A stretch of 64,000 bases of DNA from the human T2T-CHM13v2.0 reference genome, Homo sapiens. Positions 16,416 to 40,792 of the stretch are shown here, in pieces. The notes beneath the pieces were generated by a model. The model made no database searches. It was not told the origin of the DNA and saw only the letters and a list, made by a program, of their open reading frames with translations. The stretch is from the NCBI RefSeq assembly GCF_009914755.1, contig NC_060934.1; one strand, written 5' to 3'. The position numbers were made by a program, and so were the translations under genes. Position 1 is the stretch's first letter. Every line of letters starts with the position of its first letter.

Positions 16416-17290
16416 TGACCACTGGCATTGGCATGTTCAGAAAACTGGATTTAGGAATAATGTTTTGCTACAGAAAATCTTCATAGAAGAACTGGAAGGC
16501 TATATAAGAAAGGGAATCAATTCTCTGGTATTCTGGAAACCTAAAAATATTTGGTGCACTGCTCAATTAACAAACCTACATGGAGACCTTAATTTTGACT
16601 TAACAAATAGTTTATGTACTGCTCTTAGGTTGTTTTGATAAAGTGACATTATAGTGATTAAATTCTTCCCCCTTTAAAAAAACAGTTAGTGGTTTTCACT
16701 ATTTATAAAAAATTAATTTTGAACTTTTTGTTAAATTTTTAAGTTATAGCTTTAAAGGTTTTAATAGGACCTTCTTGAACGACTTTTCTGTAATCTGTTT
16801 ATCTCCCACTTAATGGAAAGGCAAAGGGGTACCCCAAATCCAGAGGTGCCTACATTTCAGGCAGCCTTGGAGTATTTTAAAAGGAAAACATTCTTTACTT
16901 TTATATGACATTCTTATACTGCTGTCTCAAATCCAAAAACATTTCAGAGCTCTTGTCTCAGAGATGTGTGTTCTTTTTGTCAGAGATATGGTTGATGAGA
17001 ATCTTAAATGCTTGTTTTGCACTATCACTTAGTACCTGTTTGACCAAGGTGTTAAGGGGATAGTACCTCCCAATTCAAGCAGAGAAACTGACCTGACTAA
17101 AGTTAATCGCAGATGAACTAGAAGTCACAGGTTAATTAAATGTAAGTAGATTGTAGATACTGTTTTATATCAAACAATGTTTATAATGTGTATATAGAAT
17201 TGTTCACTGTAAAAAAAATGGCCAAAATGTGTTTTTTTTTTAATAAGTAACTTGACTATAAAATAAAGCCGTCCGTGGGACGACTGACCT
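16416..17290 (+). other. HHEX: HHEX 3' UTR
   Basis: AT-rich, repeat-free sequence between the stop codon and AATAAA at 17262-17267; exact cleavage site inferred (~20-25 nt downstream). Confidence 0.85.
17262..17267 (+). terminator. HHEX: HHEX polyadenylation signal AATAAA
   Basis: Canonical hexamer at the end of the UTR; U-rich tract (TAATTCTTTGATTTT) ~35 nt downstream. Confidence 0.85.
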
Positions 17291-18110
17291 CGTTGCAAGT
17301 CTAATTCTTTGATTTTAAAAAGTCTGCACACCTTTTCTTGACCTCCTGGGTGCTTGGCGCGGTGCTGGGCTCTGGGGACAGGAAGTGACTGGGGCTGGAT
17401 CTTGCTGGGGCTCTCGTTCCGAGTCCCAGGACCGCGGGTGGGTGCCTGGAACGTGGGTTGGGGCCTCTCCCGGGCCGTTTGCCTTGGGGCTCTGCTCCTG
17501 CCGGCGGATTCTGAGCCTGATGGGTTCGAGTCCCGGGCACGCCAGGCGACGGGAAGAGCCGAGGCCCAGGCCCGCTGCGCCGTGAAGCGCGGGGCCGTCC
17601 GGACCCCATCGATTCTCCTCGGCAGCCGGGCTGGCCCTCGCCGTCCTTGACCGGCTGAGTCAACACCGCGTCATCCCTCGGCGGCCGGGGCTCGGGAACC
17701 CGCTCCGCGCGGCGGGGCCCGGGGTGGGGAAGTCCGAGTGGGGGGATGGGGGGCCCTGGCCGAGGGGAGCGGGGAGGTGGTTTGCGCTGAGAACTGTTCT
17801 CGAACCCGGGGAACTTCAGAACCTCCTTCAGGGCTTGTGGAAACCCAGCCCTGTTCCTGGAGTTCTGATCTGTTAGGACTGGACTGGGCTGGGACCGGGA
17901 ATTTGTATTTCCAACAAGAGCTGAGGTGACGCCAAAGCTGCGGGCCCGGACACCACCCCTGGGGAACCACTGATGTGAGCGCACGGGGTGCGGAAGAAGC
18001 AGGTGGGACCGGCACTCCTCCTCCCACCTGCTTTCCCGGGTAACTTTGGCCAGCAAGAGGCTGGGGCGGAGGGCTGAGAGGAGGGAAAGGCGAGGGGGAA
18101 CAGAGGAACG
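17270..18110. promoter_or_regulatory. CpG island immediately 3' of the HHEX polyA site
   Basis: Abrupt switch from AT-rich UTR to CpG-rich sequence; G-run clusters ~17710-17780. Confidence 0.85.
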
Positions 18111-20192
18111 AGGGGCTTATCCAGGCTAGTGGGAGTGAGGTTTGATGGCTGAGCAGAGGGCGCAGGGTGGAGGAAGGGGCACCATGAAATGGAGGGAGAA
18201 TGGGGTGCTGAGGTTAGGTGGGTGTGGGGGCCCAGGTTTCTGATTGTTCAGGGTATTGCTAGTCTGTGCCAGCTGCTTGCCTAGCTGAGCCATCAGGTCT
18301 CTGACATTCCAGGAAAACCATGACAGAGATCTGTTGGGGAGAGGCCTGGAAATCTCTCTCTAGCCTTGGCCTCCATGGAGGAGGCCTCTAGTTGTAGAGT
18401 TGGGTACTTCTGGCTAAGGACCTGTGAAGGAATGACCCGACCCCTGGCCTGGCTTCTAGGGCTGTGGCGCCCCCAGATATGGACACTCAGATGAAGACAG
18501 TGAAAAAGTCATTGCTGTTAGGGAGTTGTCACATCCGGCTTCCTTAGATTCTAAGAAGGCCCCTGGAATTGCAGGGGAATTAAGATTTCTGAGAAAAGCA
18601 GTACTAGTCCTTAAGCAGAGAGGTGTGGATAGACTTGGAAGTTTGAAGATTTGGGTTGGTGTTTTAGTTCTTGGCCTCAAATCATTTGTAGAACGAAGAT
18701 GGTCTAGTTGAACCATATGAACCCCTTCCAGCTCTCAAATTCCCAACTCAGTTCATGCCGTCCTTATTGTTCTCCCTACTCCCCATGTCTCCTCAGCCTT
18801 GGCACCCAAAGTGGCCACCCAGTGGGAGAGTTTCCCTTCCCATCAGCTGTAGGCTCCAGACCCTGCCTAAAAGATTACATCAAGGTTTCAAAGGTCATAA
18901 TCCATCTCGTCTGAAAATGGGACTGTCCATATCAGATTTTTGGAGAATGGGAGGCTTATGGATGTAATATTGAATTAAAGTAATCCTGAAACCTGTGTGT
19001 GTGTTTCGCTTCTGGAGATAAACCCTAGTTAATGTTTATTCTTGAGAGTAACTGTATCATGACTATTCAGCAGAGAAATACAGACTAATGTATTGATTCA
19101 CACTAGAAAACTTGAGGGGTAAAATCTAGTTTTAAAGTTGACAATTCCCTGAAACCAGGCTGCTTTCCAATTTCAAGCTTATCCTAACTCTCACCAAGTT
19201 GCTCCCATTCTGAATCTAAACATGTCCTTAAGAATCAAGAGCATGTTAACTGGAGGAGGTGCAGTATTCTCAGGACACAGGTAGGCATTCACTTTTCTGA
19301 AGTACCCCATTGCAAATTGCCAATGAAGATTTAGAAATTCCTCCTACGATCCGGGCATTTTTCATTTGTTTGTCTTTTGGCTATTTCATGTTGAAGCAGC
19401 ACGTATGACCTTTACAGCACAACTCCTGTCTTGTTTTTAACTCTTTTTATCAGGAGATTCAACTTGAAAACGGTTATCATTTAGCAGAAAGACAAACAGA
19501 AAAGCACATTTTTGTAAGCAAAACGTTAATGATTTGAAGAATTGCCCTAATTTCACCATGACAGTGTGTGATTAATCCCCTGGGTCGTGTACTTATACTT
19601 TAAGTTATTCAGTTCATTGGTCTTTGATATTCAGAACCCTTTCTAACTTAATATGATATTGATTTTGTTGGATGATGTACTTTGACTCTTTAAACAACAT
19701 CACTTTTAGAGATGACTAGCCTACTGTGTAGTATTTTATTTAGAGAACTATTGCATAACATTTCTTTTTCTTACTTTTTATGGTTTTCTCAGGGTGAAAG
19801 CTGATAAGACATCTTGTGGGAAAAGAGGAAACCATCTCTGATAGTGAAAGTACCTTTTCTCTTTCAACTTTTCTGACAAGCTTTTGTGTGTGTGTGTGGT
19901 TTTCATTACTGTGAATATTCATCTTAGTTAATGGGGGCAGGACAGGGATTCAAGAAAACTTATTTGGACTTGGGGAAAACGCATTTTGCTGGGGACAGAA
20001 GAGACTTACTAAAATTCCCACTCCAGATATATTGGCATGTGGAAGCTGATGAACCCAAAAGCTCCTGATTTTGATTTTTTTTCAAGATCTAATAATCAAT
20101 GATCCTTTAAATCTGTGATTGGAGATACTTATGTGACTACTTACAATATGGGGCAGAATGTGAATACCAAACAATCACCCAGGATGCTTCTA

Positions 20193-20829
<637 letters not shown>

Positions 20830-21129
20830 TCAAAGTAATCAGGTTGTACTGACATTTATTTTTCAGTCCATAGAGGTTTTAGGAAGTCCCAGTTGGGCTC
20901 TGTATATGTCTAATCTAATTTTGTCCCTTGATATGTATTTTTTGGTATTGTTGATAACTCCAAATAAGAAGCACTTTGGAGACTCCTCCCACTCACCCAA
21001 AGATCTGAGACCCCAGGTCTACAGAGGAGCAGCTACCCCTTCACATGTGGCTGTAGGAAAACCAGAATCACCCCGTTGTGGATACAAGCATGGCTAGCAG
21101 CAGGGGAGATGGAACTCTCTACCCCTCTC

Positions 21130-21560
21130 TTGCTGGCTGGGGCCCCGGGGGACACCCGCATCCTCAGCCTCCGGTCCCTCAGTTCCTAGAGCGGAGCGTG
21201 GCTCCCCCGAGAGGAGGCGGCGTCCCTGGCACGCCGTGGGCCCCGAGTGTCAGTCAGAAAAGCTAGACACCCCGAGTGATTCCCTTCTTTTGAGACAGCT
21301 CTTGGGTTCGCAGTTGCAGGCGGGAAACCTCTTCAGTCGGATGTACACAAATCTCTCTGGATAACACAGAGGGCTGCTGCGAGGGGACCTTGGAGCTGGC
21401 AGAGACATTTCCTGTCTGCGGAGGATCTTGACTTTGGAGCATCCGGCCGTCGCCGCGAGCGGCCGAACACTTTCCTGCGTCGCTGCTTTAAAAAAAAAAA
21501 AAAAAAAAAGTCACTGCCAATATCAGGCGACTTTCCACATGAAAGCCAATGAGGCCGCTT
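21130..21560. promoter_or_regulatory. Small orphan CpG island with CCAAT/E2F/ETS motifs
   Basis: CpG-rich; GGCGGGAAA ~21319, ETS cores, CCAAT at 21517 and 21546. Confidence 0.7.
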
Positions 21561-22127
21561 CCCACTTAAAAAACGTTTGTTTAAAACGTATTTTCTAAGC
21601 ATTCCTTAGACTCCCTTTTATTTTGGAGGGGGAATTTGGTATCTTTGAAAAACCTTAAGTATTCAAAAATCTCATTCTCTCTGAAGACAACTTCTTAGAT
21701 GAACAAGTACGGGAAACAGTTAACAGCAGAGGGTCCCTCCCCTGCTGCTCGCAGACGCTCGCAGTAAGATATGCTCATAATCTTGTTTATGTTTTTCTTT
21801 CATGGTTTATGCCCTTCCATCCTTCTTCTGCTCCCCACTTTTCCTTCCTTATTCATTCCCTTTCTCTTTTTTCCCCTTTCCCTTTTAGGATTCCTCATCT
21901 TCATTCAGTTTACTTCCCCATTTAGAATAGAAAATGACTAATCTCTACTCTTTAGATGTCACTATTGGGGCCAAGATTTTCTTTAAATTTATAGAAATGT
22001 TCAACTTTTAGCTGAGGTGAGAATCCTGTTTGAGGGAAATGTTGCTGGAGTCCTAATGCGTTGCTCCCATCCCGCCAGGGATAGTTTTTTTTTTTTTTAA
22101 GCCAAGATAAGCAATAATAATAACATA

Positions 22128-22420
22128 GTCCAGGTACAGTGGCTCATGCCTGTAATCGCAGCACTTTGGGAAGCCGAGGCAGGCAGATGGTTTGAGGTCA
22201 GGAGTTCAAGACCAGCCTGGCCAAAATGGTGAAACCCCGCCTCTGCTAAAACAAATACAAAAACTGGCAGAGTGTGGTGGCAGGCGCCTGTAATCCCAGC
22301 TACTCGGGAGGCTGAGGCAGGAGAATCACTTGAGCCACTGCACTCCAGCCTGGGCGACAAAGTGGGACTCCGTCTCAAAAAAAATAAAAAATAAAAAATA
22401 AAAAAATAAAATAACATAAA
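22128..22420 (+). mobile_element. Alu with internal deletion in the right arm
   Basis: GAATCACTTGAGCCACTGCACTCC junction lacks ~35 nt. Confidence 0.9.
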
Positions 22421-23563
22421 TAGAAGAGTAATAATCCCTGTGTCTCTAGGGTCCAGGCGCTCAGTAGCACTGGAGTGTAATGGAGCTGACAGAGAGAGAT
22501 GCTGCAATAAGGGATGGACAGCAGATGCTGTGGCAGAGTCTGCCAGGGACTCCCAACCAGAGAAAAGGAAAAGGAAGCCTGTTCCACGGAGAAGGATGAT
22601 CCTGTACACAGGTCTGGAGGTGAAAGAGGGCAGGGAGTATGCATGACTGGACTCCAGAGATTTTGGATTTCAGAATTTTCAGTGAGGGATTGTGGACCTG
22701 TGTTCTCTCTACCCACCACACAGGTCTCTTTGTTTTTGCATTGGCACTTTCCTCTCTCTGGAACTCTCTTTCCCCCAAATATAGCCTCATGGCTTGCTCC
22801 CTCCTCTCCTTCAGACATGGCCTTCCCTTGCCACCTTTTTACAATGCCAACCTCCTCTTCCTATCCCCAACAACAATTTAATTTTCTCTATTTCACTTAA
22901 TGCAATTGGATATAATATTTTTACTGCCTTATTTATTATGTGTCTCTCCTTATTGACATATGAACATCATGAGGGTAGGGATTTTTGTCTGTTATGTTCA
23001 CTGTTATGTATCTTCAGCCTGACCTATTAGGTGCTTGTTAAACATATGTTAAATTAGTGAATTACTGAGCACGTACTATGTGCTGCTAAATATTATGTAA
23101 GTCTTTCACCTGCTTTATATCTTTATATCATTTAATCATCAAGGACCCTATGAGGTAGAGGCTGTTATCAACCCCATTTTCTAGATAAGGAAACTGTCAC
23201 CGAGAAATTAAGCCCAAAACCTCAATTACTATACCGATCAATGTTGTAATGAGAACTTCCTCACTGAATCTGTTGCATTCTTGAAAAGGTATCAAATCAA
23301 GTCTAACTCTAGCTATAAGAAGAGAATTGAGGTTTTTTGCTCATCTTACCTAATCTTTTGCCTTGATTCAAATCTAGCATTACATCTGGAAGGGACTATG
23401 ATACAGTATAAGGGATAAGCAATTTCTGTGTATGTAACATATTATTCTATTACATTAGGAAACTAATAAGCTGAGTGAAGTACCATTTCCCTCTCAGTTT
23501 TCTGGGGAAATGAGCATTATAAGATACACTTTCTATCTTTCAAAGCGTTAAAAAAAACAAGTT

Positions 23564-24043
<480 letters not shown>

Positions 24044-24229
24044 TTAATAAATATCGTTCTACAGAATGAAAGTGAAAGCCATGTGCCCTCCCTGAAGGAG
24101 AGGAGAGCCATTTCCCTCCCTCCCCAAGCCCCGCACCCTCATTATACTTCCTATTCCTTGGCCACCAGAAACATAGCTTGCCTGGATGGCTTTGGCAGCA
24201 CAGCAGAAAGCATAGTGGGCAGGGGCTGT

Positions 24230-25080
24230 AAGTGCTACAGAGACACTTGACAGGTGCCAACTTGGGCCACGGGTGAGGCGAGGACATATTTAGGTCTGTT
24301 TAAGCCTAAAAAAGCTCTAAAAGAAAATGTTCTCTTCCATCTTTTTACCAGCATAAATTTGAAGAGGAAGTGCTTCTGTGGTTTTATTGGCCATTTTTCC
24401 CTTTCAGACTTGGCAATTTCATTCAATTTCCAGTTCACACTTCTCAATTTCAATCAAGAGTTTTATTTAAAATATATCCAGTTTACTGAAAAAAAAAATG
24501 ACACTATTTGGGATGGGCTGTGATCACTACTATTTTTATCAGCATCATCTATTCAGAAAATGGAAGCAGGAAATCCAAATTTTTTAAATGATTTCTGAAA
24601 GTATTTTATGAATTGCAAAGAAGTGTAGAAGGAAGAGAAAGTGTTTACTTTACATGCTCTTTCAAAGTTTCAACTTTCCTTAGCTGCTTATGGAAACTGC
24701 ATTACTACAGACTTTCCATTAATTGTAGATTAGACCAGACTAATTCAATAAATGTTTAAAAAATGGACCCTGAGTGCAGGTTCAGACGTCCAGAGGAAAT
24801 GACTTGATGGTACGGAGGTGGAAGGGAGTGAGAAGTTATGATGATGTATGGTGCTGTTGATCAGTTAATTGAAGGTAAAATTTTTAGCTTCACCAAGCAA
24901 TTACCTGATCTCATTAAGGTCTTTAAAATCACCTAAGTACCATTTGCCTGAGGCAGCTGCCCCTTGTTTAGATGTTATTTCAGGCATTAAGAAAAACACA
25001 ATGTTAATGGTGACCAGGGAATTTATGCATGCAGTTTCTAGTATATATTATTCTGAATCTTAGCCATTATTCAGTATTAT
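24230..25080. promoter_or_regulatory. Repeat-free putative conserved enhancer carrying T2D SNP rs1111875 (position 24791, allele C)
   Basis: The context GACCCTGAGTGCAGGTTCAGACGTC[C]AGAGGAAATGACTTG matches my recollection of rs1111875; many TAAT homeodomain cores. Conservation cannot be checked here. Confidence 0.65.
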
Positions 25081-25435
25081 CCACCTTGTATAAACATGGG
25101 GCACTAAAATATATTTACATTTTGTATATATTTACATTTCATATTTGTTTTACTTTTCAAATGTATTTTAAAGCATCATGTTTACAAGATAGTTTTTTTT
25201 ACAAATAAAATTTGTTAAGAGATATGGATTGTCAATTTTTTTCAAGAAACTACTTATTAAAGTATAATATATATATTTTAAAAGCTCACAAATCATAGGC
25301 GTACAGCTTACAACATGACTACACTATGTAACTGGAATCCATATCTTGAAATAGAACATTACCAGATCCCAAGGAGCTCTCTTTATGCCCCCTCTAGTTC
25401 ACTATCCCCAACCCCACTCCAAGGGACTCCACTAA

Positions 25436-30912
<5,477 letters not shown>

Positions 30913-31019
30913 CTAACACTTACTGGAGACTTATATTTTTTGCATTTTTTTCAAATCTTTATGAATGTCTTCAGTAAAGTTAAATATTTTCTTTATTTAA
31001 TACATACTCATTAAAAATT

Positions 31020-33340
<2,321 letters not shown>

Positions 33341-33344
33341 TTTC

Positions 33345-33834
<490 letters not shown>

Positions 33835-34279
33835 CTGAGCTTATTTTCTTAAGAATTACATACTGTCTCTGTCAAAGAGGAGAGATAATTGGTGCTTAAT
33901 ACATTGTTTACTTTAGGTTTACAAAAGGTTAGATAAACAAAAAGACTAAAAATCTGTTTGTACTAGTGAACATTTCTGAATTGGTAACCCACAGTTAGGT
34001 TGATAGATATACTGAAAGCAATTTTTCTTGTTCACATGTAGTACTTAATTTTTGTCAAGTTTGTGACTGCTCAGTTTTGCATCCTCCTTTGTCTTCCTCT
34101 TTTCATGACCTTATTTCTTCAGATGGATGTTTTGAGGTTATTTTCTATTTTGAGAAAACTATACAAATCTGATTTATTATCACAATAGCTCAAAAGTAGT
34201 TCCTGTTGAAGTTCTCCACATTGTCAATACTGTGACCTCCTGTCAGTCTCCTACACTGGATGGGAAACTCAAGCTGAGA

Positions 34280-35030
34280 TTTCTCCAAAGTGCTTCCCAC
34301 AGCGGCTGAACTAATTTCAATTACCACCAGTGGTATACAGGCGTTCCCTTTTCTCCACAGCCTCGCCAGCATCTGATGTTTTTTGACTTTTTAATAATAG
34401 CTGTTCTGACTAGTGTGAGATGGTATCTCGCTGTGGTTTTGATTTGCATTTCTCTGATGACTAGTGATGTTGAGCATTTTTTCATATATTTGTTGCCTGC
34501 TTGTGTGTCTTCTTTTGAGAAGTGTCTGCTTATGTCTTTTGTCCACTTTTTAATGTGGTTATTTGTTTTTTGCCTGTTGCATTATTTAAGTTTCTTATAA
34601 TTTTGGATATTAGACCTTTGTCTGATGCAGTTTCTGAGTATTTTCTCTCCCATTCTGTAGGTTGTCTATTTACTCTGTTGATAGTTTCTTTTGTGTGCAC
34701 AGGCTCTTTAGTTTAATTAGGTTCCATTTGTCAATTTTTGTTTTTGTTGCAATTGCTTTTGAGGACTTAGTCATAAATTCTTTCCCAAGGCCAATGTTCA
34801 GAATGATGTTTTCGAGATTTTCTTCTAGGATTTTTATAATTTGAGGTCTAACATTTAAATCTTTTAATCCATCTCGAGTTAATTTTTATGTATGGTAAGA
34901 GGGAAGGATCCAGTTTCGTTCTTCTGCATATGGATAGCCAGCTATCCCAGCACCAGTTATTGAATAGGGGAGTCCTTTCCCCATTGCTTATTTTTGTTGA
35001 CTTTGCTGAAGATTAGATGGCTGTAGGTTT
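34280..35030 (-). mobile_element. L1PB-like ORF2 fragment
   Basis: TGAGATGGTATCTCGCTGTGGTTTTGATTTGCATTTCTCTGATG...; MLARLWRKG-type L1 ORF2 translation. Confidence 0.85.
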
Positions 35031-35541
35031 GTGGTGTCATGCCTTTTGAAGGTTTTTTTTTTTAATTTTTCACTTAGCACAATGCATTTGAGGTTTATCT
35101 GTGTTCATATGCTTATTAATAGTCCCTTTGTTTCTGAGTAGTATTCCATAGTATGGATGTAGCTCAGTTTGTTTATTTATTTGCTACTTGAAGAACATTT
35201 GAATTGTTTCCAGTTGGTGATTACAAATAAAGCAGCTATAAACAGTTCACTTAAATGTATTTGTGTAAACATATGTTCTCATTTCTCTTGGGTCGGTATC
35301 TAGGAATAGGATTCCTGAATTATAGGATAAATGAAGGTTTAATTTAATAAGAAACCGCCAAACATTTTCAGTTTTGTAGAGCCACCATAATGAATTACCA
35401 TGGTCTTAGTGGCTTAAAACAATAGAATTTTATTGCCTTATAGTTCTGTGAGGCTCGAAGTCCAAATTCAAAATGTTGGCCAGCCCATACTCCCTCTGAA
35501 AGCTCTAGGAGAGAATTCTTCCTTCCTTTTTTTTTTCCTGA

Positions 35542-35757
<216 letters not shown>

Positions 35758-35800
35758 TGACCTTAAGTGATCTGCCCGCCTTGGCCTCCCAAAGTACTGG

Positions 35801-36834
35801 GATCTTTGGGGTATCGATTTTCTTCCTGTAAACCTTTGTGGCCGGTGGCACCTTTGCCTGACTTCTTGTGTCCAGGAAGAATGAGGTACACAGACAAGTG
35901 AAAGGTGAAGAAGTCAAAGGGGAGCTTTATTTAGTGTTAGCACAGCTCAGAGGAGACCCACAGTGGGTAGCTCCTCTCTGTAGGCAGGTTGTCCCATGGA
36001 GTGTTCAGCTCTCAGCAGAGACGAGGCCCTGGAGAGGGTAGCTCCTCTCCACAGGCGGGTTGTTAAGAGCATCTCTGCTCTCAGCAGAGAGGGTAGCTCT
36101 TCTCTGCAGCTAGTCTTGCCATTGTCTCTCCATCCTCTGCCCTCTTCTTGCTGATCCCAGGGCTCAGAGGGGAGGAAGTATGTGTTGATTGGTCCATGGG
36201 CAGCCATAGGTGACCTGGAGGAGGCACAAGTCCCCACTCCAGTCTGCGGGACTGGCAGCCCAGCCCCCAGCCTTCAGGCCCTCTCTGGCCTGAAGGTGTG
36301 GCCTTACTGGAACCTGCTCCCTTCCCTCCAGGAATCTGTCTGCCTTCTGCTGCCATTCATGACCCCGGGGCTCAGCCCCAACCCTGCTTGGAGATTGGAG
36401 CAGGCACTGGGAGAGGAGAGGCCAGGCAATGGGAGCAGACAACCCCAGGCCTGCAGGTATGTTTGGGGAGGGGCCTTCTTGGGCCCCCGCGGGTGCAGGC
36501 TGCAGAGATGCCTGGGTCCTGTGCCTGGGAGGGCAGCTGCAGCTGCACTCTGGGAGCTACCACCCCTCCAACTTGGAAGCCTCTTCCTCTGCTTGTCCCT
36601 GGCTCCTGCCTGCTCTGTGGAGCAGGAGGCCCAGGTCTACAGCTGCAGGTCCAGGGGCTGCAGTTGCACCCAGGAGGGCAGATCCTGCCTGCTCCTGGCC
36701 ACCCTCAAGAGTGAGGGGAGGCTTGCGTCCACAGCTGCAGTTTGGGTGCCCGTATCCCCACCCAGGGGGGCAGGGCCCCTGCCTGCTCAGTAGAGCAGGA
36801 GGCCTGGGTCTGTGGCCATGGTCAGCTGCCGTCA
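35801..36834 (-). mobile_element. MER52-family (ERV1) solo LTR
   Basis: Minus strand begins TGACGGCAGC; GC-rich body; internal AGAGGAGCTACCC repeats; 3' end ...CCCCAAAGATCCC. Confidence 0.78.
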
Positions 36835-36860
36835 TTGGGATGACAGTCATGAGCCACTAG

Positions 36861-37275
<415 letters not shown>

Positions 37276-37811
37276 TTTTTTCCTTTAAGGACACTAGTCA
37301 TTAGGTTTAGAGCCCACCCTTATCAAGTATGATCTTACTTTAACTAATTATATCTGCAAAGACTCTATTTTCAAGTAAGGTCACATTTTTAGGTTCAGGA
37401 TGGACATGAATTTTGGGGGGAACACTTATTCAGCCCACCCTGGTGGCTGTACCATGTCGCATTCCCTCTAGCAATGCCTGAGAGTTATAGTTGTTCCCAA
37501 TCCTCACAACTTCAGGCTTAGCAACTTTAGGAGATAGAATAGTTTCATGAGAAGTCTCAGGACTGTCTCTCATTGGGCTGCCTTGGCATACATGCGTGTT
37601 CATCCTTGAACTTATCGCTACAGCCCAGACATGGAACATGATGGTTGGCCAGGATGTGGTCATATCCCTACTCCTAAAGGTAGGGATGGGGAGGGGTCAG
37701 TGCCACATGAATCACGTAAATTGATTGTGGATAAGGGGCTTCCTGGAAGAAAACTAGGGAGATGTTAACAGAAGAAGAGGAACTGAAAGATTGTCAGGTA
37801 AAAACAACTAA

Positions 37812-40792
<2,981 letters not shown>

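Noticed and set aside
17301-18056. 251-aa minus-strand ORF
   Set aside because: Non-ATG start inside a CpG island; low complexity; no homology recognisable.
36182-36860. Several 130-200 aa ORFs
   Set aside because: They lie within the GC-rich MER52-type LTR.
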